Part shown: positions 36,460 to 49,752 of the stretch, piece by piece | Layout of the letters: each line of letters opens with the position of its first letter | How positions within the stretch are numbered: the first letter of the stretch is position 1 | Origin: Eutreptiella sp. 'Long Island Sound 2002' | Taxonomy: Eukaryota > Protista > Euglenida | NCBI GenBank assembly: GCA_964036045.1 | Contig: OZ038378.1 | Coordinates: 120,280,001 to 120,344,000, forward strand | Direction: 5' to 3' | Length of the DNA stretch: 64,000 bases | Program-made: the position numbers and the translations under genes | Notes under the pieces: model-generated | Database searches by the model: none | Told to the model about the DNA's origin: nothing | The model's input: only the letters and a program-made list of their open reading frames with translations

Positions 36460-37740
36460 GTCACTTGTGAATTTTGTCCCAGTCTCTTGGTACCCCGAAG
36501 AACGTTAGTGGTTACGTTGCATTTCCCCCCCGTCTGGCCCCCGGAGAAGGCAGGGGTGGTCCGGCCACTTCTGATTTTGTCCCCTCTTCCGACCCTCGAG
36601 AACGCAGCGGTTACGTAGCGATACCGCCCACTTTGGGGGGGGCTCTTGAGCAGCTGTAGGTGAGGTAGCCACTTCCCTTTTTGTCCCTTCTCTTGTGTAC
36701 TCTTGAGAGAGCAGCGGTTGCGTAGTAATTATGTCCAATCGTGGGCCCACAAGAAGGCAGGGGTAATGCAGCCACTTGTGATTTTGTCCCCTTCTTCGGG
36801 GACCGCCGAGAACACAAAGGTTACATAGCAATTCTGCCCGGTAGTGGGCCCCCGAGAAGTCATGGATGAGGGATCCAAATCTGATTTTGTCCCCTTTTTC
36901 GGGGACCCCCGATAATAGTGGGTTTACCTTGCAATTCCGCCCATTTGTGTGCCCCCGGAGAAGGTAGACGTGATGGATCCACTTCCGACTTTGTCCCCTT
37001 TTTTGGTGTCCCCAGAGAATGCGCGGGTTGCGTAGCGATTCTGCCGGCTTGTGACCCCCCGAGACGCCCCCCCCCCCCAATTTTGGGCCCCAAAGAAGGC
37101 AAGGGTGATGTAGCCACTTGTGATATCGTCCCCTTTTCTCGGACCCTGGAGAATGTAGCGGTTACGTAGCACATCCGCCGACTTGTGCACCCCGGATAAG
37201 GCACGGGTGATGTAACTATGTGTGATTTCATTCCCTTATTTGGTGACCCCTGAGAACGTTGGGGTTACGTAGCAATTCTGCCCAGTCTTGGGCCCATGAG
37301 AAGGACGGAAGGACGGAGTGATGTAACCAATTCTGATTTTATCCGCTTTCATTCGGACCCCCGAGAATGCAGGGGTTACGTAGCAATTCCACCCACTTCT
37401 CCATTCCTAAAAAGGCAGGTGTAAGGTAGCCACTTCTGCTTTTGTCCCTCTTTTTGGGGACTCCCGAGAACACAGGGTTTACATAGCGATTCCGCTTCAT
37501 CCTGCCCCCCCCATGAAGGCATGGATGATGTAAACACTTCTGATTTTGTCCCCTTTTGTGGGAACCCCCTGGAATACAGGCGTACGTAGCAATGGCGCCC
37601 ACTTGTGGGCCCCCGCAAATGCACGGGTGATGTACCCAATTTCGACTCTGTCCCCTTTTTAGGGACCCCTGAGAACGCAGCGTTTATGTAGCAAATCGGC
37701 CCAATTTTGGGCCCCCGAGTAGGCAAGGTTGATGCCGGGA
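36460..37740. repeat. ~100-bp satellite array
   Basis: Repeated ggttacgtagcaattccgcccacttgtgggcccc and ctgattttgtcccc motifs. Confidence 0.85.
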
Positions 37741-37759
37741 AACCCAAGAGCGTAGCGGT

Positions 37760-38800
37760 GTAGGAACCCTAATGCGTGTGATCTGTCATTTTGGTGAGGC
37801 CAACATTGAGGGGCATTTTTTTTGTCGCCTTGCGAAGCATGTAATTGAGCGCACAATCGGCTGCCAAGGGACGGTGCTCCACACAGATGACCCTGCCACT
37901 TGAGAGCTCACCCGTGGTGTGTTTCACAAGCAACCCGTAGTTGTCCACAAGTATCTGTTACAAAATGCCATGTACTTTGACCCTAGCCCCACCACGGGCA
38001 TGATGAAGTGTGTGATGAAATCAATCTCTTTTCCCCCACCTATCTCCAAAGCACCCGTGCCTACCGTTTCTGAGAAGTACGATAGACCAGTGGCAAAGTT
38101 GCCGTGCGCAGTAGCACGTGTAATTGCGCGCCGGTGCACCGGCGTGGCACGTCTATCCCAGGTATGAACAATTTGCACTTGATGTTGGCTAGTGAAGAAT
38201 GGGAACATTTTCGGCGTGGGGCAGAGTTCGCGTTCATTAGTAATGAGGGGTGGGATCTCACTTAGGGGACAGTTGGCTTGAAATGATAGTGCCCATCCGA
38301 ATAGCGATGAAATTGCTTGTATTGCAACATAGAAACAATGCGGGCCTAGGATTGTAGAGGGATGTGTCCCTCTTCCCCATGAAGTGCCAGTCTACACATG
38401 AGACAAAACTCAGGATCATAATTGTCCGAACCGGTGAACCCCACGTGGGAGACAAAGTTGCAAATAATCCGTTTTGCATGCTAGCCTCTTGCAATCAACA
38501 CAGCAAGAACAATTTGCAAGCACCGCCGACGGCAAGAACAATTTGCAAGCACCGCTGACGGGAGGCCAACGCTTGTTTGGGGGGGGTGTCCTCCGCCAGC
38601 AACACGGCCTCACATAGCAAGGCCTCTTGCATTGCACGAGTTTCGGCAGCATTCAAGAGCTCCGCTTGGTTCCATGACGACATCGAAGCGCCTTGCACCA
38701 CCGACATAGTGAAGGTGCACTCGCGGTCCAAATGACCGAGGGTGAGCCAACATTGTAATAACGCTTGTATGGCAACGTTGAAAATGGGTAGGTTGTGTAC
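37760..38800 (-). pseudogene. Unidentified decayed coding relic
   Basis: Consecutive protein-like minus-strand fragments (38495-38731, 38258-38494, 37924-38208) separated by stops. Confidence 0.25.
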
Positions 38801-39237
38801 ATTGGATGACTACCCCCCCCCCCCTTTTTCCAGTGTTGTGCACCGTTGCATAACAACACACAACTGGAGTCGCACGGTGTTCCTTGTTTTTTTGATGATC
38901 TTGTCATCCAACCGGGTGGGCAATTGGTGACAAATGAGCAATGGTTGAGGGAAAAGCGTGCAGAGGTTTTGCAAGTTGTGAAGGTTACACCCCCTTTTGT
39001 GCCGTGCAAACAATTGTGGGAGAAAAACAAGTACCCAAAGGCGGAGGCGATCCCTGCTATTGCGGTGGCTGCATTCACATGTACCACCGGTGCCTAGCAT
39101 AGAACATTGCAAGAGAGAGCAACATTCTTCCATCACTGGGGCAATTTTGGGGCATACCCGGCGAGGTGCGTGCGATATGCTTCGGTGGGGTCGCTTCCCC
39201 CATTTTAGATACGGCTGGGTACGACCCCCGGAAAACC

Positions 39238-39340
39238 GCTCGGAAGTTTTGGCAGCCAGCTCGAGCCCCAAAACGCAACCAATATCGCTTGGAATGTTGT
39301 GGGGACCTTCCGGCCGAGATTCCATGGAATGCTCGGGAGA
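39238..39340 (+). repeat. Dispersed ~100-bp repeat, second copy at ~41824-41925
   Basis: gctcggaagttttggcagccagctcg...caaaacgcaaccaatatcgcttggaatgtt is shared between the copies. Confidence 0.8.
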
Positions 39341-41040
39341 AATTTTGTTGGCATATGTGGAACCTGAACCTATTGGAACTTTGGTTGGATGCTTGGTGCA
39401 TGCTTTGCCTGCAAGGTGGTCCATGAACAAAGATGTTTCAAAGGTTGTGGGGCTATGTAGTCGGTTTGCCGCATCTGGGAAGACGAGGGAAGTTCCGTGC
39501 CTTGAGCTAATCCCCGGCTCGAGAAGGAGGCATTCACGGGCATTCCTTCTTTGCTTTCCCTACACCTACAAATATTTGTGAACAAGATTTGTGTCCTGTG
39601 TCCACTCTCAAATGCACACTCTGTGGATGTCCGTCAGCTTTGTGTATAGTAACCAAATGGGCTATCAGACTTCAGACTTCAGACTTCAGACTTTTATGGA
39701 CCATCACCCCCCCCCCCCCCCCACCCCGACACCCTTTCTAACCCCCCCCCCCCTACTGTCAAACTTCGCCCCCCCCCCTGTGTCCCCCCCCCAATATCAC
39801 ACTTGTCCCATTGTCACCAACCAACTGCCACCACACCCTTGAGGTGTAGAAGTGGGTTGTGGTCTAGACCCTGGTGTCTACAACCCAACCCCCCCCCCCC
39901 CCCCCTCAATCCACCCCCCCCCCCCATGCCCCTGCCCATGCCCATGCCCATGCCCATGCCCCTGCCATCCTTAACCGGGCCCTCTTATGCGAAGGTGGTT
40001 GCAAATAGGGAAGGTTAGGAAAGGTATGCCTGTTTCTCTCTTGTAGGTTTCATTCGGCGAAAAAGAACCGTTTCCGAGATCAGTATACGTGATTTATTGC
40101 AGCAAACGTGAAATGCAGAAGAAGTATGAAAACAAACACAAATAAGGTTGCGTTAACAAAAATACTCTCCCTTCCCAAAACCCGGGCAAGCGACCTGGGG
40201 CCTAGCCACAGGGTGGCAGGGGATTGTCAAGCAAGATATTGGTTTGTGGTAAGTAGGATGTGATTGGAATGCTCTCCCCTCCCAACCCTCGCTGACAGAC
40301 CTGGGGCCCAGCCACTGGGCGGCGGGTATACGACCGGAGACCAGTGGTTGTAATTAGGCTCGATGTGGTTGGACCATTGGGACCTAAGTAGACCTTTGGG
40401 ACCACGTTACCATTGGGTTTAATTAGGAGAGCCTTATTTTGTTTGATGGATTGATGCAACTCGCCGGTGCCACGTGGTAGTGGCGAGTTGCCGGTATGGT
40501 AAAAAGTAGAAACCTGCCGGGCGAGGGGTTCTGCTGGGAGGGGAAAACAGCCCACTCCACCAAACCAAGGACGTTCGGCTCAACCCCCCACTTAGGCAAC
40601 AGCCCCCGTGGGCCTTGTGGTTCCCGTGTGGCTTCGCAAGCATGGTCCGGCCACGGCGCTTGCACCCTAACCCTAAGCTTGCAGGGGTTGAGCGTGGGCT
40701 CTCCCTGTTGGTGGTCGCAAAAGCACACCCCCCAGACCCCAAGCAAGGGCCAATGGCCGATTCCGAAGGGGATCCACCCTTACTCCGTCTCTCGTGGCGG
40801 TTGGGTGAGCGGGGCGCCGTGGTGTCGTGCGGCCACGAAAGAAAAGGACAACAAGACTCATAGCACCGCTCATCAGGTGCACGGACAAAGAGCTAGGAGA
40901 CCTAGGTGACAGGGTACAGAACGTCGACGGGGTATAGTGAGAGACCCGTACTAGTAAAGATAGGTAGGTGTAGTAGGAAATATTTCGTTTACTGTCGTTT
41001 TCTGCCGTTTTAGCGCGGCAATTTTCAGCCTAGAAGCAAA

Positions 41041-41330
41041 CCAGGGTTGGCGCCGGGATGGAAACCCGAGGGGTCAACAATGCCATTGGCGGCTCTGGTT
41101 TGTTTCTGCGAAACAACAATCTTTCTTTGCGGAACTGACGATGTGAAGTTAAGACTGCCCCTTAGCGCTCTGCACTGGCTATGCACGAGCGAATTGTCAA
41201 GCCCTGTCGTCGGAAGAGTCCGGTATATGAGGTACTGGTACCCCGGGGAAACAAAACAAGGTTGGCGCCGGGATGGAAACCCTGAGGGTCAACAATGCCT
41301 ATGGCGGCTCTATTTTGTTTTCGAGGAGAG
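41041..41330 (+). repeat. Direct duplication of a ~65-bp block about 217 bp apart
   Basis: ggttggcgccgggatggaaaccc..gggtcaacaatgcc..tggcggctct at ~41045 and ~41260. Confidence 0.75.
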
Positions 41331-42764
41331 CTGGACTGCCCAGCCCTCCCTCAAAAAGGCAAAAAAGTGGGTTTCAAGTGGGGTGGGTCTGAGGGGTCTG
41401 GACCAAAACTGATTGGGGGATGCGTTTCTTGGACAAAATAATGATTTTAGAAGGAGCTCGACTATCCGCCTCGTTTTTCTTCTCATGTGGACCCCACGTT
41501 GTTGTGTTTTGAAAGGGGCGGATAGTCGAGCAGTTTTCGGGGCTGTGGGGTGTGAAAATAGCTTTCATTTTGGCTCCAAAAGCAACCACTCGTGCTTCCC
41601 TGGTGGTTAACACGGGTATTTCATTTTTTTTTTCAGCATGAGCATTGCCAACAGTGTAACTTTGGATATGGATTCACTGTTCCAATTCAGGACAAGTATT
41701 CTTTTCTTTTTTGCATGTTGCTTTGGTGAGGTCAGGTACATGGGTGGACAACATTGCCCTTCTTCAATGTAGCAAATTTCAATGGAAAATCGCCTGGAAA
41801 TTTTCGAAGTTCCCTGGAAAAATGCTCGGAAGTTTTGGCAGCCAGCTCGGAATCCAAAACGCAACCAATATCGCTTGGAATGTTCTATGGACCTTCCAGC
41901 CAACCGTCCCTGGGTAGCTCGGAAGAAATTTTGGTGCCGATTTCTGAAATGTACCGTGCGATACGAGTCCCATTTGGTGACCATAAGTGCTAAGCGTTTC
42001 CAAAAATCCCCTGCAAAATGCCGAGCTTTTTCTTGCTTTTTTTTACCTTCTATGCTGTGCGTTCTAGCGCCATGTGTTGGCATTGGTGATGCTGCAAGTG
42101 TGCGTGTTGTGCAAGCTTGGTTTGCTCGCTGTGGCTTGCAGCAATTTGCAACACCTCAAAAGGTGTTGTGGTATGGTTACCCATGGAGTGAAGGGTGAGC
42201 TGGGAGTTGGTGGCTGGTTGTGTCCAGGGCGAGTCTGTGCACGGAGTGGTCCACGGACCCGTTTGGCTGAACCTAACTATGTGCCTTCAAGTGCCGCAAC
42301 GGAAGCATTTGGTACCTCCAGTTCTACCTCCAACTCTAACTCGGACTAAAGCTCCAACTCGAACTCCAACTCTTCCTCGGACTCTACCTCCAATTATCCC
42401 TTCGACTTTGACTCTGACTCTAACTCGGACTATGACTCGCACTAGGTCATGTGGCTCTCGTGGGCGGCGTGGGTGGGGCGCTACACACATGTGTAACTGG
42501 AATGCACTGGGGACGAAGTGTCCTTAAACACAAATACCACTGCCATTTGAACCACGAAGGTCCCAAGGTTGGTTTTGGGGGGTTCCATCAATTGACCTCT
42601 TTTTGGGGGAAGGGGTCTAGTTAGAGGGTCCTATTGAAGCCCCCTCCTCCCCCAATTGAAAGCCCGCCTGCCCAAAACCCACAGAAAAGTAGAAAAACAG
42701 CATGTGAAAGACATCGTGTGGTGCACAGTACACGTGTTTCTCCTTAAGGGGTTGGCACTTCAGG

Positions 42765-43345
42765 GTCTGGGCCGAGGCGCTTGGCATGTGAGGCTTGGTA
42801 TGTGGGGATTGGAATGTGCTTGGGAAGTGGGGGTTGGACATGGGGCTTTTGGTGTGGAGCTTTGGGTGTGGAGCCTTGATGTGTGGCTTCGGATCTGGGG
42901 CTTGGGATCTGGCGCTTGGGGTAAGGGGTCAACTGAGAGGCTCGTGATGTAAGCCTTCACGTGTGGAACTGAGGGTGTGAAAGCTCTACCTCCCAAGCCC
43001 TACATCCCAAGCCCTACATCCCAAGCCCTACATTCCAAGCCCCACAACAAGGTCCACATCAGAATCTTCACATCCCAAGCCGTGCATCCCAACCACCACC
43101 CTCGAATCCCTATGCCTCAAGCTTCACATGCTAAGCCGTACATCCCTAGCCCCTCAGCCAAGACAATTTGCTTCAAATCCCACATTCTAAGCTCAACATC
43201 TCAAGCCTACGTCCCAAGCTCCACATCCCAAGTCCTACCTTCCTAGCCCTACTAGCTTCCAAGCTGCACGGTCCAAGCACCATATCTCAAGCCCCATGTT
43301 TCCAGCCTCAAATCCCAAGTCATACGTCCCAAGCCTCTCAGCCCA
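42765..43345. repeat. Degenerate 14-bp minisatellite (CCCAAGCCCTACAT)n in both orientations
   Basis: cccaagccctacat tandem copies from ~42990, preceded by G/T-rich inverse copies. Confidence 0.65.
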
Positions 43346-46162
43346 AGCCCTGCATCTCCATTCTTCTTTTGTCACCACATTGGGTTGCGCCACACAGAGA
43401 CCACACATACAAGCACCAAATGGCATGTGCCTCCATGCTGCTCTTCATCAGAGCTCACAATATCACACAGAATAACACAACACAAGCGCAGATGGAAAAC
43501 TATGCAGATGCTTGCCTCTGCAGGAGTCACATTAGATTAATGCTACCCAAAACACTTGTGAGCAAGCACATTTCGCATTGGGATGGCGTGGGGGAGGTAA
43601 GGTGTCTTGACATCTGGTGAGATGTGGAATGTACTCTTACGAAGATACGCCATCCATCAATGTTCGTTACCTCCATTGGGCCGTGCTTTAGCTGCCATGT
43701 CATGCGCTGGACTCCTTGAAGCCCCATCTGCCTTTGCAGTGCGTCACCTTCTTGTCATCGGAATTGGTGGCCTTGATGGGGGCCGCTTGAAACCCACCCC
43801 AAGATCGCTAAGGGTGCCAGTGTTATGCAAACTGGACTGTGTGACTTGGCCAGCAAGCCTGACTCAAGGCTGTTCCCACCCTTGTGGCATTGTGGCGTCT
43901 GATTGTGGCGTTGTGGCGTCTGATACTCTGCTATGGATAGGAGGCTTTGGTGTTGGTCTGTTCCGAATGCAACGGACCGGTCCTAGGTATCTGACCAACC
44001 GAGTTTTGATTGGTCAATCATCGTTTCGCCAGTCAACTGCTTGCCAACGGATTTTCGGTAGAGTTTTTCTTTATCACGCACCAACGGACCATTGTTTTCC
44101 CTTTTTCAGACAGCAGACTTTTTTTTTTAACTCTACAAATTGATTGTTTGCCTAGCCGACTGATTTTTACGGGGCTCAACCAACATTTTTTGCCGAGCTA
44201 CATGACCTTTGCCTCGCTCACGGGCTATTTTCTATTTTCTGTCCTGCCAACCAATTCTTGGACCCTTTGGACTGCTGCCTTACTCGCTGATCCCCACCCC
44301 TCCTGCCCAAGATACAATTGTCTAAGATACGGGAGGTGGGTGTTGCATGTTCATTTGGTGAAGCATTTATTCCCATCCCATTTTTGTAGATGTAAGGCAA
44401 GATAATGCTTGTTGTGCAATTTTGATGGAATGATGTGACTTTATCATTGACCCTGAAGACCTCAATTGACAACAAGCAATAGGCCAGTGTTCTATTTCTC
44501 GAAGAAGCCATTGGTAGCCAAGTGTATTTGTGGAAACATCATTTTGCTGTCCCTCAGTCTTCCGGCGGATTGCATTTCGATATGTGCTGTGCAATATGCA
44601 CATCTTGTCTGAGATACAGTAGGTGTATGTACTATATTGATTTGCAGTGGGGTAGGCTTACCTATTTAGCTTCTGTTACACATAGGGCCCAATGAACAAT
44701 GACGTTGCAGGGAGGGGGGTCGTTTGCACAGAGGGAGAGAGAGGGGTTGCTTTGCAGACCATTATCTCTTATCTCTTATCTCTTATTCATCGGGGTTGGC
44801 AGTTCCCAAAAACCACGGGATTGCTTTCTAGCTTTTGCGGCATCTTTTTTTTTCTCTGTGCCTGCCCAAGCCACAAAATCATGAAAGTACATTGTACCCC
44901 TTATTGGACCAGACCCAGAGGTTGGTGTGCGTAACAATTTGGAGGCTGTGAACAACGCAAGAGGCAGGGCTGCAGGGCGCATACAAAGCACCACAAATTG
45001 GCAGTTGCAATTGCTCAGGCTCAATGCGGCACCAAAACTTCAAGCTTCAAAGCGACCTGCGGCGGCTGCACTGTGAAGATGACCTGAAATTTTGTTGCCT
45101 GAATGGGGCTTATACTTATAGCCCCCTGAGTGCCACCAAGGGCGGGGCGGCGAAACATTGGTTCCAGTGCCCCGCCGAGGACTGCCATTTCCTCATTCAC
45201 CAAATGCCCACCTTATTGACATTATCCAAATGCACTCAATCAGGAAATTTCTTGTGCCATGGCACAATAAGCAAATTTCGACTGGAACTGGGGTTTCAGG
45301 TTCGCTCTTCCGAACCTGAACAATAGAATCTCATTCCTGACCCACAAGTATAGAGTCACCCTCCTGACCCACTTATGCATGATCCCCTCCACCATCCAGT
45401 GGCCCCATGGCCGATCTTGTCAGTGGTGTCTTAGTTCCTCCTCTCAGTATGATTGGTGCATCCCCAAGTTGTTGACACGACCGTAAATCCCCAAGTCTGC
45501 TTGCTGTTTGTGCATCCTCAGCGAGTCCACAGGATCTCAGAGGCAGTCTGAGGGTTCATGAGCTGCCCCCCGCCCCTGTGCTTCAGGTGCACCCAGGCAT
45601 CTTTGTCCAAAGGAGTTGCATCTGTGCTATCGCTTGGCAATATATTTATTCTAGAGTCCTAGTTATATGCACAAATAACGATGCTGTAGGGGTCTTGTTG
45701 CCCCTGCAGAGCTTCCTCTGTTGCTCCTCTCTTTATAGTCTTTACAGTGTAGAGAGACATTGTGATATTTGGAACTACACACACATGCTTTACACTCACA
45801 GCAATGCGCACACGCTACTGGAAAGACGCCTCAGGCTGGGCTCAGTGTTTGGCCCCCCGAAACAGTTAGACATGATAACATTTGGCCCTCCCCTTCAGCA
45901 AATTGGTCAAGGCCCAAAGCCAATCAGAGGATGGCGACAATGTGGCCCACAGCTTTTGGATATCAAAGCCCTTTGGGGGCTTTCAGAGAGCAGTCTTGGA
46001 GTGCGCCGTTGGGCTGCCATACACTGGTGTTTTGGAAGGAGTGGGCGCGGCAGGAACAGGGAGAGGAGGGAGAGGAGGGTTTGGGAACCGCATGGCTTGG
46101 CACGTGTTTCATGGGGCAACAAAGGCAACAAAGTAGCTTGCTGACATTGTGTGCCAAACTTC

Positions 46163-46593
46163 TAAATATGATCCACGCAGCGCCTGAGGGAGGCGTGGAT
46201 TGATACTGCTGTAAACACACATCAGACGGTTAGTGTAACAGTGATTTGTCAGTGACCCCATTTGTGCAAACTCGGAACAGCGTCAGGGGTTAGCTTTCAA
46301 TTACACTAAATATGATCCACGCTGCGCCTGAGGGAGGCGTGGATTGATACTGCAGTAAACACACATCAGACGGTTAGTGTAACAGTGATTTGTCAGTGAC
46401 CCCATTTGTGCAAACTCGGAACAGCGTCAGGGGTTAGCTTTCAATTACACTAAATATGATCCACGCTGCGCCTGAGGGAGGCGTGGATTGATACTGCTGT
46501 AAACACACATCAGACGGTTAGTGTAACAGTGATTTGTCAGTGACCCCATTTGTGCAAACTCGGAACAGGGTCAGGGGCTAGCTTTCAATTACA
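46163..46593 (+). repeat. Near-perfect 144-bp tandem triplication
   Basis: Units start at 46163, 46307 and 46451 with only a few substitutions. Confidence 0.95.
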
Positions 46594-46764
46594 TTCCCGC
46601 TTCGGGCTATGGAACAGAAACGGGGTGTCAGGTGTTTTCCATCTTTGTGGGCCTGCGTGGTTTTGATGTAACACCCCTTGCCCACGACACCCTAAAATGT
46701 GGGCAATGGGCAGTGTGGGAGAGGGCGGGGGGTCCGCACTAAAATCTCATTTGGGGGGGGGGTA

Positions 46765-46935
46765 ATGCAAAAGGCAGGGGTGAGGTAGCCACTCGTGATG
46801 TTGTCCCTTTTTTGGGGACCGGCGAGAACTCAAGGGTTACGTAGCAATTCCGCCCACTTGTGGGCCCCCGAGAAGGCAGGGGTGATGTATCCATTTCTGC
46901 CTTTGTCGCCTTTTTTTGGGGACCCCAAGAACGCG
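46765..46935. repeat. Short block of the ~100-bp satellite
   Basis: gggttacgtagcaattccgcccacttgtgggcccccgagaaggcaggggtgatg. Confidence 0.85.
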
Positions 46936-47349
46936 GGGGGGGGGGGGGGGGGTTGTTTGTTGGGCAAGATTAAATACTCAATTTGACCCTTGGGCTAAGG
47001 TACACAAATGGACCCAAACAAAATGGGGATTGCGTGGTGTTTCCGATGGATGTGATGGGTGTATTGAAATCCTTTGCAGTGATTCATATTGTTGGGGGCC
47101 CAACAATTGTGGGGTCATTTTCTTAACCCCCCCGTTGAGGCCCTTTGCACATCTCCCACGCCAAACCTCCCGCGCACTGCAGCCATTTGAGACCTGAGGC
47201 CAACTAGGCGGTGTTTAGTCCAAAGGAGGAGCACTTGACGCAGCTCGCACGCGGCGCAAAGAATAGGCGGTCTAGCCCAACCAAGCACCCGCACCTACAC
47301 CTTCGGGGACAAATTGAGTGGTTGCTTGAGTTGCGGGTATTCATTTCCT

Positions 47350-48540
47350 GTTGAACCTAACCCAATATTGTATTGAGCTCCAGGTTCGGTACCCTATTTA
47401 TGGCCCTTGGCCCCATGTGCCCACCCATGGGAGGGAGGGTGCACAAGAGGAGATTGATGTCGATGATGAAGGGGATGATGGTGAAGCGTGTGCTTTACGC
47501 TTTTATGAAGAAAGCATTTGTTTTGCTTGTGCAATGTTTGTGGGAAGGAGGGATGCTTCCACAAATCTTGTGCCCAAGGGTGTGCTCTCTTTAGGGGGCA
47601 TTTTGGGAGGGGCTAAAAGCCAACCCATTCCAGGTGTACCCGTCGTAAAAGTACCGTGTGTTGTGCGTGCGGCGCAGATACTCCCCTCAAATTTCTGAGT
47701 CCCCTCATTCTAAGAAAAGGCAAGTCCGTTGTGGAAAAATGAAACTTACATACGTGCCCCAAAATTGCCCCAACTTCTTTCTCACAACCGGGTTGCTGTT
47801 TTTTTTTTGAGCGGCGGGCTTAGGTTGTTGTTTGTTTCGGTCCTATTGAGATTAAGTGGCACTTAGGGGACATTGTACGCTAATTGCTTGTTGGGCAGTG
47901 CTGCACTTAGTGTTGAGTGTTGGCTTAGCATTGAGCCTCATTGGTTTACCAACATTTGGGCCCTTGACCGCAATGGTGGAGTAGCAATATGGGGCCCAGT
48001 GGGAATTGTGGTGCAGCTCATGTGGCCAGCATATGTGGGAAAGGGGGAACGTTAGCGCGCCGGGCACGCGCCGGGCATCTTTTGTGACCCGTGCCCCACC
48101 GGTGGACTGTTGCCGTTGATATGTTGGGCAACATTATATGGATTTGCCCCTTGGCCCCCCGGGACATCAGCAGATGTTTTGATTTGGGATGGGTATGGAC
48201 CTTCTCGTACCCGAGGTGATTTCTTTGATATCGAAGTTGGGGGCCATGATGGTGCTTATAAAGGCCGGATTCATGTCATTGTGCTATTCATTGGAAGAAA
48301 GAATGGCACTTTGACAGCCGGCCAACAATGTTACAATGACGTGCACGGGTGGTATAGGGCGCGCATTGAGCAGCTGTTTGCTCGGTTGTGGCACGCAAGA
48401 TGAGGAGGCAGAGGATGAGGCAGAAGTGTGTGTGTTGTGTTGCCAGAAGCGCTCCACCGTCGCAGTTTGTGATGAGTGTAAGGAGCACTATTGTACTGAA
48501 TGTATTGACACTTGTGAGACCAATGTTGTTTGTTAAGTAC
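47350..48540 (+). pseudogene. Decayed Harbinger/ISL2EU/IS5-family (DDE_Tnp_4-like) transposase
   Basis: VAVDMLGNIIWICPLA-PGTSADVLIW, DGAYKG (48248) and LTAGQQCYNDVHGWYRARIEQLFARLW. A Cys-rich B-box-like segment follows in another frame (48428-48536). Confidence 0.75.
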
Positions 48541-49752
48541 AATACAGATGACAGTTGGAGTTGCTGAATTCACGGATATTGCTTTATTATGCAACGTGCT
48601 TTGTAGGGAAGGTGTGCAGTGCAACGTGGTCTATTTGAGGGGCTTCTCCATGAGAGGGTAAATCTGGGGCTGAAGTCGGGATAGTTAATAGAAAAGTAGC
48701 GCGCCGGGCGCGCGCCGGGCAAACATTCCCCCAAAGACCCTAGCTCAAATTCATCTTCCTCATCCAATGGTAATTTGTGTGCAGCTCAAGCATTAGCCAA
48801 GAAATATCCCCATGTGGTGGTGCAAAGTTGACGGCGGCAATGTGCGCAAAATCAGCTGGTGAAGTTTGGACCTTCATGGGAACTCTTCGCATATAATTTT
48901 GGTGGCATTTTAACAGGATGGATCATAGCAATATTCTTTGAATCAGAAACCGAAGAACGTACATGGCCAGCCCCCCCCCCCCCCTTCACCACCACCACCA
49001 CGTGCATTTTGGGGGCGGGTTAGCGACCTCTCTCCCTTTTTGGGGGTTTAGTGACATGGACAACCACACTGTGGAAGGAGTTTCGGTGGTTGGGGTGGGT
49101 TTTTTTGGCGGCGTGGAGGAGGATCAAGGGGAACAATGGGCTAAAAATACACTGTTTCACCATTGTTGCTTAGAGTACTTCCTAGACCCCCCCCCCCCCC
49201 CGTGTGGCGTGTCTTGTCAGTGTCTCAGACAACGAGACACTGATAGACGGCTCGGACAGTGCGACCACGGATGACGGTGTGCTTACTCCAAAAGGCAACT
49301 TACCGGGTTCCGAAGGGGGGGGGCAAGCTGACCCAAGCTAGCCTAAGAAACATTCGATAGCCAGCGGGCGAACTCAAGGCAACATTCAGCACTGATTTGG
49401 AAGTGCTGCAGAGCAGCATAACATGTGTACGCAATGAGCGTTCGCCTGTGTCGCGGGGGCGCTTGCCCGGGGGGGCAGCCGGGCCGGGTCCTTGTATGCG
49501 ACCCCCCCCAGCCCCCCCCCCCCCCCTCCCCCCCCCGCCGGGTTTTGAAAGATAGTGGTGCCGGGTCGGCCCTCAACAAGTGTCCCTAGAGAAAACTGTC
49601 CGGCGCCAAAGGCGCCAATTTTTTTTTTCATACTATGTGTTTATACTCAAAATACTCAAAATTTTGTAGAGAATTCATATTTGTGTTAAAACAACAAGAA
49701 AAAATTTTGACCTGAAGGAGGGCTACAGGAGGGCTGCAGGCCCTGACAGCAA

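Noticed and set aside
45024-45326. CCLNG as a Helitron Rep N-terminal motif
   Set aside because: It is an isolated 5-residue match with no HUH or helicase motifs nearby.
46163-46593. CRISPR array
   Set aside because: The units repeat in full with no unique spacers, the context is eukaryotic, and no cas genes are present.
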